Positions 13,122 through 26,443 of a stretch of DNA of 64,000 nucleotides are shown here, piece by piece. Below the pieces are notes generated by a model. It was given only the letters and a program-made list of their open reading frames with translations, searched no databases and was not told where the DNA came from. The DNA comes from Lama guanicoe. Its lineage: Eukaryota. The position numbers were made by a program, and so were the translations under genes. The stretch is from the NCBI GenBank assembly GCA_013239625.1, contig MU053934.1, forward strand, positions 651,285 to 715,284, written 5' to 3'. Numbering within the stretch: the first letter of the stretch is position 1; each line of letters begins with the position of its first letter.

Positions 13122-14192
13122 CAGGGGCAGGCAAACTTTTTCTGCAGAGTGAGATAAAAAAAAAAAATTAGGCATCGTGGGACATACGGTCTCTGTTGTA
13201 ACTACTCAGTGTGGCTGTTGTGTTGCCGAAACATGGCCTCCGTACCCCGTTTACTGAATTGAGACTCGAGGACAGAGTTTTGGATGAAGTAGAAAAGGCA
13301 GCTTTATCTGTTTTCCAGGCAAAAGAGGTCTCAGTAGGCTAAAGCCTCAACGACTGTGAACCTGCTAGGCAGACAAGGCAGGGAGTTTTATAGTAAAAGT
13401 TAGAGAATTCAAGAGGTGGAGCTAGTTTCCATAGAGACAGCATACAGGGCAACAAATTGTTGCAAAGTTGTTCTTGTTTTTGCAAAAGCAATGATCCCCT
13501 TCTTTTTGCTGGGTATGACCCTCACCGCCAGCTTTGGGACTCTTCTAATATTCTTGTGTCTGGAACAAAGGGTCTTAGGAAGGGGGTCTGTGGAAAAATG
13601 CTTTAGAGAAAAATTTGTGCAGTTTAAAGTCAGGTTGATAAATGCATCTAGTATTTCAGGTAGGCTGAGTCCTGAGACCACTTGCTACAGGCTGAGACCT
13701 GCATGTGGAACAACAGAATACAAAGAAGTCACAAAGGGCTAAAAATAACTGCAGACATGTGCAGCTATGAACAACAAGGTGCACAAAACACTTAACTACT
13801 CGCTCTGAGGTGTCGGGGTCAAGAAGAGAGCACTTGGGTCAAAAGCAGGACACTGGAGGCAAAAGCAAGGCTCTGAGAATGATCCTTGCACACAGCATCA
13901 CAAGGGGGTTGGGTGGACCACCCAGGCCTCCCTCCTTTCCAGCCCAACCTTAGTCAGCAAGAGCATGAGAGAAAACCCTTTAAACTATCATACAGTTGAG
14001 CAGTTACAAACACCATTACAGGTATCAGATGGTCACTGATGATGACAATAGGGTTCTGTCTGGTTACAGTTGTAGTCTGAAAGCAACCATAGATGATAAA
14101 GTAAAGTGATGAGCTTGGCTGTGTTGCAATAAAACTTTATTTACAAACACAAGTGTATTTTTGATACACTGATTGTGCTTTGCTAACTCCTT
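13122..14192 (+). mobile_element. MER58A hAT-Charlie MITE split by an LTR (halves 13122-13220 and 14069-14192)
   Basis: CAGGGGCAGGCAAACTTTTTCTG...CATACGGTCTCTGTTGTAACTACTCA then GTTGTAG...GGCTGTGTTGCAATAAAACTTTATTTACAAA; near 8-bp TSD GATTAGAC/GTTTAGAC. Confidence 0.85.
13221..14068 (-). mobile_element. ERV1-type solo LTR
   Basis: TG...CA ends; 4-bp TSD GTTG at 13217-13220 and 14069-14072; minus-strand CTATAAAA TATA near 13386-13393. Confidence 0.85.
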
Positions 14193-14582
14193 GTTTAGAC
14201 TGACTGTGAGAGAAGGCTGGAGAAAAACTGATCACTGTCGAACAATCAGGGAAGCCTTAGTTATAATCACCTTTTATTCAGGGCTGACCCTTCTCCCAGG
14301 TCCTCTATGTAGCACAGCTCATTGAGTTTTGAGGCCCCCAGTGTAACTTGCCCAAGGTTACACAATGTAGTAAGAAGCTGACCTAGATGTCAACCCAGGT
14401 CTACCTGACCTCAATTCTCTACCCTTTTACCACAATAAATTATCACCATAGGCAGACCTGCCCATTCCCCGGCTCCCTGCCACTGTACATCTTCAAGAAC
14501 GTGGGACTTGAGCTATTAATAACAGAACACCCTAAAGCATAATCCAGGGTGCTCACCCAGAATGCAATGGTCCCTTGGAGAA

Positions 14583-14761
14583 CTGGTTCTCACACTTTGC
14601 TGCACAATATATTCTCCTAGGAGTTTTGGAAAATCCTACTGCCCAGACCATACACCCTGTACCAATTAAATCAGAATCTCTGGAGGTAGGACTCAAGTCA
14701 CTATTATTTTTTTAAATGTTGCCAGGTGGTTCCAAAGTCCAGCTAAGTCTGAGAACCACTG
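14583..14761. mobile_element. MER5-type hAT-Charlie MITE
   Basis: Inverted termini TGGTTCTCA...TGAGAACCACTG; internal CCAATTAAATCAGAATCTCTGG. Confidence 0.8.
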
Positions 14762-16146
14762 CTCTGAAGCATAATGTTGCCATCTATGTGTGTCATATGT
14801 AAATGATATCCCTTGGACTTGTGTAAGGTGATTGATGTTCCTGGCAAAACCTTGCTGATTAATTAAACACATGTTTTAGTTTAATAATTTATTAAATGTT
14901 TATAAAGCACCTTTCTTGGTGCCAGTCATGAAGAAACAGTAAAATGGGACAAACTGGTGATGGAATAATCAGAAATCAGTCCTTGAATACCATTGTATTT
15001 CTTGAGTTCTCTTTCTTTCCTGTCTCTGCTAGTATTTAACAAAGCATTTTGAAAATTCTAGGCTACCTTCTTTTGCTAATGGAAAACAGTTCTACCACAT
15101 TCCACTTAGAGTAATAATACAACATTTATTATGACATTTATTGATCACCTATCATCCCGCAAGAGAGTGTATGTGCATCCAGTCACAACTCTGAGAATCG
15201 TGTTTGCTCTGTGAATCCCTGGTTCACACACAGTTAAACGGCTTCAGAGAGTTGCCCAAGGCTACTTGGGGAGTAAAGGTCGGGTTTATATCCTGATCTG
15301 CTTGATTCCACAATCCTGGTGCTTAACCACGAAACAGTACTGCCTGGGTCACCTCCATGAACGTTGGCCATCTATTGGAATCATGAATGAATGAGTGAGT
15401 TAAAGAAAAACCTTTCTTTTGCATCAGACCATTCATTAAGGAGGAAAAACATTCCCCTGAGAATGATGTCAGGATGACAATGACTAATAATGGGAAAAAA
15501 AAAAAAAAGAATGTAAGAATGTCTTTGACTGTCAACTGTTTGCCCACCTGGAAGATTTCATTCCAGAATTTTTCACTATTCAAATCCTTCAATTTGCATT
15601 TTGGATTAAGTAGCAAGGCTGTTTCATTAAAGGCAGAGCCTTGAAGAATATACAGAATCAGCATGGATGGACAGGAGAGTATCTTCCAGGCTCAACCACT
15701 ACCATTTCAGCAAGGAATTCCTTTTGTTTTTTTCTGTCCTCACTTTTTCCAGCCATCTAAGACAGAATAAAAAGTTTTCTCCTTTTAGAATCCAGAGGAC
15801 TTCACTCCTACCCAGAGCATATGGTCCTCATCATGGCTATTTTGAATTGCTATTATTATTTTTGACTTCTCTGCTTTCCCCATTCCACTGTAATCTCACT
15901 ATGAGCAGATGTAACGTTATATGAAGCTATATTTTCACTAGTCCATCTTCAGCCTCCCATGGGACCAGGCACAAACTACGTAGTTAATTAAATTTTGCTC
16001 TATTCTGGAGGCCACGCTTTGAACATGTAATAACAATCACTTCCAATGTGTGAGTGCCAACTATGTGCCAGGCATTGTGATACACACCTGCATCCTCACA
16101 ACAAGTTTGGAATATTTTGTATCATTATTCCTCTGAGAGTGTTTGC

Positions 16147-16552
16147 TGTGTTGGTGCCGGATTGTCCTTTTCTGGAATAGCTCACTATGCATGGTCATGG
16201 TGGAGGTAGCATCCTGCTCCCATGAGGGAGGCTGAAGAGGTCTCTTTTATCCTGGCAGAGTCAACAGCAGCATGTGAATCATGCAGCAGTCAGAAACAAG
16301 GACTTTGAATCCTGAGCCAGTGACCTCAGGACAGGCGGCCAGAAGCACTGATGACCTCTAACCAGACCACTGCTACCACTCAGCCTTTCCATGGCTCCCT
16401 CCGCTTGGCTGTCTAAGAACTTTCCAAACCTTAACCAGTTTTCCAAACGTGTCTTCTGGTCTTTCATTGACTCCGTAAGTGACCCTGGTACTTCTAATAA
16501 ATTGCACTTTGGGTTAAGATTGCTGAGTCTTTTTATGTTGATTGCAACCATA
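16147..16552 (+). mobile_element. old ERVL-type LTR (LTR16/LTR33-like)
   Basis: 3' end CTTCTAATAAATTGCACTTTGGGTTAAG...TGATTGCAACCA resembles LTR16/33 termini. Confidence 0.45.
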
Positions 16553-16899
16553 AGCCCTGATAGATGTACCCATTTTGAAGATGAGAAGGTAGGTTGTTTA
16601 TCCACAGTCACATAGCTAATAAGGAAAAAATAGCCTTTCAGACTACTTCGATCTGATTCTAAAAACCCATGGGCTCTCTATCTGCTACTGTGTTTTGCAC
16701 GTAGAGGGTGCCCAATATATGTTTACTGTTATAAAGCCGCTGACGATATTCGGAGCTAACGGTTTTCTTTCTTACAACTAGAGCCACTTAACTCTTTATT
16801 GCTCTTGTATTTTCATGCCTTAACCCAGTGTCTGATGCTCAGAGAGTATTTACGTACAAGATGGTGGGTTTTTTTTTTTTTCTCATTTATTTCTAACCT

Positions 16900-17130
16900 T
16901 TGTTAAGGGCTTACCCTGTGACGGGCATTGCGCTAGGTGGTTTATTCTGTTACCTGATGTAGACGTCCCAATAACTCTATGAGATACAATTTATTTTCAT
17001 TACTCTCACCTTACAAATGAATAAATAGGGGCTAAGAAAGATTCGTATCCCTTCCAAAGGTCATGCACTGATATATGTTGGATCCAAAATTCACTGAGGA
17101 CCAACTCCCAAAAGGATGCTCTAACCTTTA
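16900..17130 (-). mobile_element. MIR SINE
   Basis: CTCACCTTACAAATGAATAAATAGGGGCTAAG...CCAAAGGTCATGCA, reverse MIR core. Confidence 0.65.
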
Positions 17131-17838
17131 CGTTTCCTTGAATTACTAACTTTAACCCAATGTACATTCTGAAAAGAGTCGGTTTATAATATTTCCAGAT
17201 TAAAAGCAAACGTCGAGGTCATTGCTGTTGCAAATATTTAGCTCATGCTGATTTGTAACTCATCCGCTCAACAAGATCTAGCCTGATAACTCTAACTTCA
17301 TTTCAAAGGTCAGAAAAAATTTCTCTCGGGACAAATAAAGTAAATGGTTCGCTCCCCTCTCGAGTGAATCAATGAAGGTGAAGAAGAACTCAGCAATCAC
17401 ACTGTACATACCATTCTATCTATAGATTAGTTTCTTGATGGTGTTTTTAATTATTTAAGCATATTGAGAAAAAGTACAAAATGATAGTTTTTTTTTTCCT
17501 TTCTCTTGCTGGTTTCTGCCTCTTCTGGGCTGTCCATTAAAGTCACTTGGGGTTGGTTACCTAGGAAATGGTTGGCAGACTGGGGCTTTTAGATTGATCA
17601 CCAGATTTATAGCAGGAAGGTGAGTCATGTGACATGAATTTAGTCGCTTCTAAGTGGAAGAGCAAAAATTGCTGAGCATTAAAAAAAGAATCACCGGAAC
17701 ATTCCCCCACTGCTTCTTAATTTTAAAGATGAAACAAATGATCTTCTTTCAGGAAGTCACAGAGAGCTAAATTGATCTCCAGAGGAAGGGAGTCTAATGA
17801 TTCCATGACCATCTCAGACTTCACGGTTATAAGGAGGG

Positions 17839-17866
17839 GTGTGTGTGTGTGTGTGTGTGTGTGTGT
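17839..17866. repeat. (GT)14 microsatellite
   Basis: Perfect GT run. Confidence 0.95.
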
Positions 17867-18710
17867 CCATGATAAAAGCAAACTCAGCTATCTCCTAAGT
17901 TAATGAAAAATGATGTGTTTCCTACTTTCTTCACAAGGATAAGGACTGAGATACCTGCAGCTTCTTACTGCCTCTGAATAGCCCTGCAGTGTGTTGTTTT
18001 AGAGAATGTCTGGATAGAGCGGAGTGAGTTTATTCAGCAAAACCAGCTCTGTAGCTAAAACAGTTATCTGCATGATAAACAGAGGAACTGACAGTTATCA
18101 GAATAAAAAAACTGGTGAAATTTGGCGTTTCTTAATAAAAAATGTCAGGCACTTAAAAAATAATATATGGATTCAAAAAATGAACATTTGCTGACTCGCA
18201 ACTGTGAGCTAGGTACTTTCACTCTATATCTCATTTAATCCTACAAAAAGAAAAAAGGTAGGTAGTATAAAAATTTTAGAATTCTGTTCCACGTATACTT
18301 GTTGAGCACTTAATACGTGTCTGCACCAAGGTTCAGCGAAGATGAGTGACTAGTCCAGGATCAGAACCCACTTCTGTTCTGCTCCCAAGGCCATGCTTTA
18401 CCTGCTTCATTGTATTATTTTTCTCCAGGGTATTTTTATATCAGAAAAGAAGAGTGAACATTAAACAACTAACCTGGACATTCTATTGTAAGAAGCTATC
18501 TAAGCTGCAAAACTCAGATGTGCATGCGTGCTCACACACAACTTTCCTTTTTCCCTGACTTTCTCTGGCAGGCCAAAATCACCCTGAAAATTGCCTCTAT
18601 CTTGCATTTGCCTGCAGTGATATAAGAAAGGTTTACTAATAAAAAGCAGCAAACTTCTATGAACTATTCATGTGTGCTAGGCAACCTACCTGATGCATAA
18701 TCTTTAGTCC

Positions 18711-19181
18711 TATAACGGAGCCGGACCCAGTGGGGCCTTCCCGGGACAGATCCCTCCCCGATATCCTCTGCTATAGCTCCTTTCTGAAGTACCCAGATAC
18801 TAGTACCTCATGTATATTTCCTGGGTTTTTCAGATGCTAAAATCCACCACCAAAGGGAAAAAATTAACTACTTGATGATTGAGAGCAGGTGGCCCTAGAC
18901 CTTCTGGCGCCTGGGGGTTGATGGTGTTGACTGCCCCGTTACTTCACATCAACCAATCAGAGAATTGTGCACACGCTGATCGTGTACCCTGTGACCCCCT
19001 CCTCCCTTACCGGCCTTTAAATATGCTCTGCTGAAACCCTTCGAAGAGTTCAGGGTTTGCCTGGGCGTGAGCCACCCCATCCTCCTTGCTCTGCCCTGCA
19101 ATAACCCTTTCTCTGCTCCAAACTCCGACCTTTCAGTTTGGCCTCATGGTGCGCCGCGCACATAAGGTACCTTCGGTAACA
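18711..19181 (+). mobile_element. ERV1-type solo LTR inserted in a MIR
   Basis: Starts TATAAC (TG mutated), ends GGTAACA; 4-bp TSD GTCC at 18707-18710 and 19182-19185; CCAATCAG box, TTTAAATA TATA-like site, AATAAC polyA variant; reverse MIR halves on both sides. Confidence 0.88.
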
Positions 19182-20236
19182 GTCCCAACCCAACCCTGTG
19201 AAGGAGGAACTATAGGTACCCTATGTTACAGATCACAGAATTAAGCATTAGAACAGTGACTTCCCCAAGGTCACACAGCTGTAAGTGGTTGATTAATTTT
19301 GTTCATTTTTTTCCAAACCCAGATCTGTCTCCAGAGCCCATTTTCATAATTGTTCAATATTTTCTTCTCCTTTGAGCTAGAACTGATTTTCCTAGCCAGC
19401 AAGCACTGGTGCTGAACGTCAAAGGTTTAAAAAGAAAATGGGAGAAAAATTGAAAATCCTCTTTACTCACATTATTTCTTCTGCAAATGAGAAATTAACA
19501 TTATTCAATTTGATCAGCAGAACATCTTGATTCAGAGTATAAAACGTTAAGTGTTTCACTGCAGTGCAGTTTGGAAAGCTCTGGGCTGAACGGACCCACA
19601 TTGAGTGTAGAATTCTCAAGCATGCTCATTGCCCTAGGGGACAGGTTTCCTTCTGTTCTCTCCCATGGCATCAGGGCAGGTACCGCTCATGACTAGGGGG
19701 TTGGGGTGGGTAGATAACGTATGCGCGGCGCCTGGAAGAACGCTTGTCATGAAGTGCACATCAACACGTGGTAACACTCCACGTAAAGTAACGACCACTG
19801 TGTCTAATATAACATTTATATCATAATAATATGCAAATACTGTCATGATTTTGAGACTTAAGATAACCACGTCTCCCTCATCCTCTAAAAAAACAACCAC
19901 TGGCTCTGACATTCCACCATCAAAGCTTTATTCCTTTCCCTTTAGGCTTTGATGCTGCCTAAAATGCAGCTACTGCTGGGGAGTTGTCAGTCATGCGTAC
20001 CTCTGAGAACCTGGAGGATTTCACACTAGGCTTTAATGGAAGGGAAGGGAGGGGAGATCGCAGGAGCAGAATGTTAGCGCTGGGAGCATCGTCATACCTG
20101 CTTACCACCTGCCAGATGGGGAAACTGGGCCATAGAGAGAGTTAGCAAGTTGATCTTTCTTCTTCAACATTTGCCCCACTTTCCACCATGGGTGAACGCG
20201 CATACGTGTGCTTACCTGTTACATGCATTGGGGAAT

Positions 20237-20775
20237 GTTCCAGTCACTAATGCTGCATAATGAACCACCCCACACTGACTGGTGTAAAGTGATGACCATG
20301 TTGTTTAGCTCACAGATTATATGGATCAGGAATTCAGGCAAGGAGCCAAGGGCAGGGCTTGTCTCTGTTTCACAATATCTGGGGCTTCACTTGGGGAGAA
20401 CCAGATGGCTAGTGGTGATTTAGATACCTGGGAGGTGGGATCAGCTGGAGGGCTGGTCTGGTACCTGGGCCGGGGTGATGCATCCAGAGCATCTGTTTGT
20501 GGCATGGCCTTCTCACAGCACGGTGCCTGATTTCCAGGTGGGAGTGTGCCCAGACCAAGCAGTTCATGAACACCAGATGGGAGCTGCTTGGCCTCTTCTG
20601 ACCCAGTCCTGAAAGTCAGAGACACATTCTACCAGTTACAAGCAAGTCATGAGATGAGCTCAGGTTCCAAAGGAAGAATTCCATCCCACATCTTGGTGGA
20701 GGAGAGTCTAGGTCATGTTGTAGAAGAGCTTGTGGGATGGGAGAAATTGTTGCAAAAATCTTTGGCAAGTACAAT
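20237..20775 (-). mobile_element. MaLR LTR (MLT1H-like)
   Basis: GCTGCATAATGAACCACCCC...GCTCACAGATT...GGATCAGGAATTCAGGCAAGG...GGGCTTGTCTCTG. Confidence 0.75.
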
Positions 20776-23312
20776 CCGCTCTGAGGAGGAAAGCAGCAAT
20801 TTGGAGCTTTTCCCTAAACCCTTAAAATGTCTTTCTTTCTATTCCCGAGGCCCCTAGCTCCCTCTCTAGGCATCTTCAGGTCTGGCCCCCATTGGGTTAA
20901 GTGAGCCCATGAATGCTGGAAGCCTCCCATTCAAGCCTGGTTCCTAAGGGGGGCAGGTCCATTGAGCAGATTTCCAGAGAGGGTCCACGTGGCTTTGTAG
21001 GGCACCAGGGACCCTGCTGATCTAGAACAAGTGACACGCTGACATGCGGGAATTGGTGGGAGTGGAAGGGAGGCTGAGAAGCAGATGCCAAAAATAAAGT
21101 GAAGATCTGACATTGCTGGGGACTGGAATGAAATAAAATTGTGTATGTGTGCATGTGCGTGTGCGTGTGCGTGCGCGTGCGTTGCTGAGCCTAGGGGTAG
21201 GAGAGGAGAAAACCTCAAGGAGATGAAAAGGCACTGGAGTCAGGCTAGCAATGCTGGAGAATCCTAGAGTGAACTCTCTCAGGGCAGCACTCCCTCAAGA
21301 AAGGATGGACACCAACAGGGGCAGAGGACCAACTAGGTCTCAGGCACTCTATTAGAGACTTTATATAGATTTTCTTACTTCAACTGTTGAGGTTGCCCCA
21401 GCTAGTGAGCAAGTAGAATGGTGAGCGTTTGAACAGAGATCTAGTTGACTCCAACATACAGGTGAGGAATCTAAGGTTCGGAGAGTGTCAGCAGGATGTT
21501 CAAGTTCAAGGCCAAGATTTATGTCCAGATCTGTGCTCTGTATCTGTATTCCTCTGCATCACACGTTTCACCAAGGCCAACTCCATTTCCGATAATAGTG
21601 ACCATGGTTGGCTGAACAGTAAAATAAGTATGGGGACCAGTTCTCCTGACTTGAGGCAGCAATTTAGGAACAAAACTCTTCCAAAGAAGTTGCTGAGCAA
21701 ACCTGACACCTCCTAGGAATATCAAAAATGTAGTATAGTCAAAAGGATTGGTACCCACCTACTATGATTTGTCTAACATTTATACCTCCTCTTAGTTACA
21801 TTCTTGCTGGAAATAAATAGTGTTGTTCTGAAGTACTGAAAGAAATGTTTTTACAGTGGAAATACCCATTTATTTCCATAATAGAAAATTGACTATGTTA
21901 TTGATCAAGATGTCCCATCTGCCAAGTCTTCCTAATTACAAATTTGAAAGGTGCACCCAGTAGCATAGTAACTGTCAAAGAATTATTGATGGGAAGCTAT
22001 TGTTACATGTCTTGATATGGGTTCCTCTAAAGACAGACCGACACAGAATGAGACACCAAATTAAATATGTTTCATTTACTAAGTAAAACGTCTTTTGTCT
22101 GATTCTGTCTCCGAAGAGTCGATTAACAAAATAATCCTGTGAATTGTTTTATTCCTCAAGAGACACTGGACCTCACTAAGCACCAGCCCTGAACCATGTT
22201 TACAAAATTGATACCTCACATCCCAGATTAATGCTCTTTTAATTTAAAACCTTGATTGGTGTATGGAGCTCTTTATTTTTGTTATCTGGTCAGCGGTTCT
22301 TATAATCCCCAGTCCACTTCGCTTTATGAACAATAATTTTCTCACTTGCACGTCAACATCTCCAATAAATACATTCCAATATTACCCAAACAGACTGTTA
22401 CACGACTTTTTTCCAGCATTTTGCATATTTTATATGCAATAAAGGATCTTAGAGATGATTCCTTATCTTGATTTCCCCTCTAATTTGGCAGGGATGAAAG
22501 CTTTTGCTTATCCCGGGCCAAGACTGTGTCAAACGGGATGAACTTCTGATGAACACACACTACTGAGACTAATAAACTCTAATTACACCACAGGCCTCTT
22601 CTGAAATGGGCACTTCCAGTTCCATACACCACAAATACTGGCCCAGAATCAAGGATGAATTCTGAACTGATTGCATTTCAGGTAACGAAGAAGTTGCATT
22701 GAAGATGAGAGAGAAAGCAGACTTCTTCCATATAGGGATAAGCCTAGTATAAATGGTAGGGGTGAGGGTGGGGCACCCAGTTACCTGTGATCACCTCACT
22801 TGCTAAGCACTGACATGTTACATCAAAATACCGTCTTCTCCATTCCAGGCTCATCATTCTTGTCCCATGGTGTCTGAAATCTTGTGTCTTTCGTTAACTC
22901 TGGGAAATGTCTTCTTGTTCATTTTTAAATGTTTTCCCCTGTATTTCCTCCACTCACTCTTCTAGACTTCCTGTTTGAAGATGTTTGGTCTCTTCAAGAT
23001 ATTTTCCGTATCTTAATCTACTTTCTTTTCTATCTTTTTCTTCTTTTGCACAGCATTCTGGGAGAATCCCTAGGCTTCATTCCCTGTGGATGTCCATCCC
23101 GCTCTTCAGACTATCAAATCTGTTTTGAGTTTTAGGATGTTATCCATGGTGGCTATTGGGTCTTACCGCTTAAGAGCCTCTTCTTATTTCATGGATATCT
23201 TCCCTCGTCCCTGTGAAAATACTTTTTCTTTCTTTTAAAATCTTTTTTTTTTCCCTCTTGTATTTCCTCAGGCATTAGTTCTTCTATGTGTTGAGCTTGG
23301 TGTTTCTGTCTT

Positions 23313-23470
23313 ATGTTGGTTCCTAGGGCTGCCATAATAAATGGCTGTAAACTGGGTGCTTAAAACAACAGAGATGTGTTTGCTCACAGTTCTGGAGGTT
23401 AGGTAGCTGAAATCAAGGTGTTGGCAGGGCCATTCTCCCTCTAAAGGCTCTAGAGAAGAATCAATCCTTT
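23313..23470 (-). mobile_element. MaLR LTR fragment (MLT1B/C-like)
   Basis: TTCCTAGGGCTGCCATAA...AAACTGGGTGCTTAAAACAACAGA...CTCACAGTTCTGGAGG...AAATCAAGGTGTTGGCAGGGCC. Confidence 0.85.
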
Positions 23471-23521
23471 CTTTTCCTCTTCTTTCCTTCCGTCCTTCTC
23501 TCTCTCTTCCCATTTCTATTT

Positions 23522-23895
23522 CTTTCTTTCTATTGTGGTAAAAAAAATAACCACACACTAACATGAAACTTACTCTCAACACAGTTATAGGTGTAGAGTG
23601 CAGTACCATTAAGGATATGCACATGACTGTCCAGCGGACCTACAGAGCTTTGTCATCTTGCATAACTGACACTCAATGCACATCGAAGCAGCTCTCCTTC
23701 CCCCTGCTCCTGGCAACCACCTTTCGGCTTTCTGCTTCTCTGAGTGACTACTTTCGATAACTCCTATGAGTGGAATTATGCAGTATTTGTCCTTGTGAGC
23801 CTGGCTTATTTTACTTATCACAACGTTCTCAAGTTTCATCCGTGTTGTAGCACATGACAGGATCTCCTTCCACTCTAAGGATGGTGGTATATACA
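23522..23895 (-). mobile_element. L1MA/MB 3' UTR fragment
   Basis: CCTGGCAACCACC...GAGTGGAATTATGCAGTATTTGTCCTTG...CTGGCTTATTTTACTTA...AAGTTTCATCCGTGTTGTAGCA. Confidence 0.85.
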
Positions 23896-24807
23896 TCTTT
23901 CAAGGTGTTGCTCTTTCTCAGAGGTTCAGTGATTTTAGGTCAGATGCCTCTTTATTTTTGAGATTCCCTAGCTTCCTGTCTGTGTATTCTCTTTTTATTA
24001 CCATGCATCTCTAATAGTCGCAGGGAAACAATAGGACACGATCCAAGAATCACCTCTCGGCAATTTTTTTCTTTAATAGGTGGGGTCTCCCCATTCTTTC
24101 TTGGTGTTACCAAACATCTTTGGGCACTATCTCAGTTCTTTAGCCAAAACACCCACACTCATAACTTCAGCCTGGATAGGAGGGTGGGACAGGCACCTCC
24201 ACTACTCACCACTTGGTATAAGAGGATATAAGACATAGAAAGGGCTAAGTGCCTGGATGCTTAAAATGTGGGCTCCCCAACCAATCACCCTGATGTTTGC
24301 TTCAGAGCCCTTTCCTGCAGTGCAAGGTGTGCATTGTCTCTAACCGTGGAGCATCCCCAGAACCTGGAATAGGCCCCTGCAGGTGTTTTAGGTTGTGTTT
24401 TCCTCCATTAGTGGTCAGATCCCATTTGCCTTCAGTCTCCCATAATCCTCTGATCCACTTGTCCTTTCCTGATTCCCCTCCCTGCTATAGATGTAGTCTT
24501 TTTCAAATATATTCTACCAGTTACAGGGTTTTGGGATGAGAGCAGGATGTAGGGCCATGTAGTTAATCTTTGCTCTTGTTTCAATTTTCTAAAACACTAC
24601 CTAAATGTAAAAGCAAACTGCCTGGCCGGTAGGTGCAAAGGGTAACGGGGAATCAAAAAAAGTAATGGCTTCACATCCCTAGACTCTCCTCTCTGTAGGC
24701 TGGTCCCAGCCCTTTAATCTGGGAAATTGGAGAGACAGTAACTAAGAGCAAGAACATGGAATCGGACAGAACTGAGTTCAAACCCAAGTTCTGCTCACCG
24801 TAACGAA

Positions 24808-25395
24808 GACGTGAAAACAATCTAAGTGTCCTTGGCCAGGTTAATGGATAAAGAAGATGTGAAATACATACATACAGTCTCACACACACAATGGAATAAT
24901 ATTTAGCCTTAACAGGGAAGGAAATCAGAAATCCTGCCATTTGCAACCACATGGATGGACCTTGAGGGTATTATGATAGGCGAACTAAGCAAGACAGCGA
25001 AAGAGAAACACTGCATGACTTATATGTGGAATCACACATAGTCAGACTCATAGAAGCAAAGAGCAGAATTGTGGTTTCCAGGGGCTGGGGTCTGGGGGCA
25101 GGGCTCAAAGTTTCAGTTACGCAAGATGAATACATTCTGGAGATCTATGTGGAGTACGGCGACTCTAGTTAACAATGCTGTATTGTATGCTTCAAATTTG
25201 CCAAGAGGATAGAGCTTAAATTAAATCTTCTCAACATACACACACGCACCAACTGTAACTGTGTAGAGGTGATGTGTAAATTAGCTTGTGCCAATTATTT
25301 CACAATGTATATGTATGTGAAAACATCAAGTTGCTCACCTTAAATATATACAATTTTTATGTCGGTGATACCTCAATAAATGTGTTCAAAATATC
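24808..25395 (+). mobile_element. L1MA-type 3' end
   Basis: AATGGATAAAGAAGATGTG...GAAATCCTGCCATTTGCAACCACATGGATGGACCTTGAGGG...TACCTCAATAAA. Confidence 0.88.
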
Positions 25396-25649
25396 TATCA
25401 AAAAGGAGACAGTCAAGCAGGAATGCTCCCGCGGGGCTGCCTGTCTCTTTGCACTCCTTTGAGTTGCGTTCATCACAGGCTGCCTATGTAAGGATGACGT
25501 GAATGTGTGCATTTTCCCCTGACTACAGCCTCTTGGTGAGGAGGGCATCTATTTCACTGATCCTAACCCAGCTTCAGCAGATAGCAGGCACTCAATGCTT
25601 GTTGCGTAAAAATCCAATTGAATTCACACTGGCCCCAGCTATTCGGTTG

Positions 25650-26443
25650 GAAGCAGCCCAAGAACCATATGGACAGCAGTGAGAGTAAGCCCAGTTCAAA
25701 AATACACCAAATATTTTTGTAAGTGCCCACCAGGTGCTGGGCACTGAGCTGGGCTCGAGGCTCCCAGCAGGCTCTGGTCAGTTTAAGGAGGCAGATAGCC
25801 AGGAAAGCAGCCAGCTTGCCGGCAGCAAGATAAGCAGGCGTGGGCCCCACAGCTCAAGCAGAGACTGCAGGGCAAGTCCCCAGAGGGAGAGAGTTTGGTA
25901 GGAACTTCTGCAGGGCCCTCCCCATTCCCACCCCCACTAAATGGTCTGTTTATTCTCCTGTCTGCTGCCTCTGTGCCGCAGGTGGGGGCATGTGCTTTTT
26001 TTTTTCTTTCTTTCGTTTTAAATTTGTCCTTGTGTGTCCAACCTCTGTTTGCAAACCTGCTGGAGGGAGAGAGCACATGCCAAATGCATTTGCACTTTGT
26101 TTGTTGCAGGTGAGTGGCTTTTAGGGTCTGACTAAGGAGGTTACCTGATTGTTCAGGATTTGAAAGACTCAAGTCAGCCCCAGGCATCCATCTGACTGAG
26201 TGGGACAATGAGAGGTGGGGCGCAAACCATTCCTGGGAGCTGCATCTGGTAGCTGGGGACCTGATTTCAGGACCAGCTCTGCTCAGTACTTGAAGACCAG
26301 TGCAGAAAATTAAAAAAGCTTCACAGGATGCATTTTGCACCCCCTTGCCCCCATTCATGATAGAAATCACTTTCTGGAGTCTGATGGGTTGTGAGGATGC
26401 CTATTCTTACAACAAATTACCTACTTTATTGGCTGGAAAAATC
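25650..26443 (+). repeat. direct repeat copy 1 (~794 bp of host sequence)
   Basis: Aligns end to end with 27650-28453; ends exactly at the TG of the LTR at 26444. Confidence 0.95.

Larger units (their letters stand above)
22880..24540 (-). mobile_element. degraded old L1 (L1M-type) containing nested younger insertions
   Basis: T-rich reverse L1 ORF1/5' region sequence (CTCTGGGAAATGTCTTC; TTCTTTTGCACAGCATTCTGGGAGAATCCC). Confidence 0.5.

Noticed and set aside
13409..13742. Overlapping 90-aa and 108-aa ORFs
   Set aside because: Both lie inside a solo LTR with no gag, pol or env similarity.
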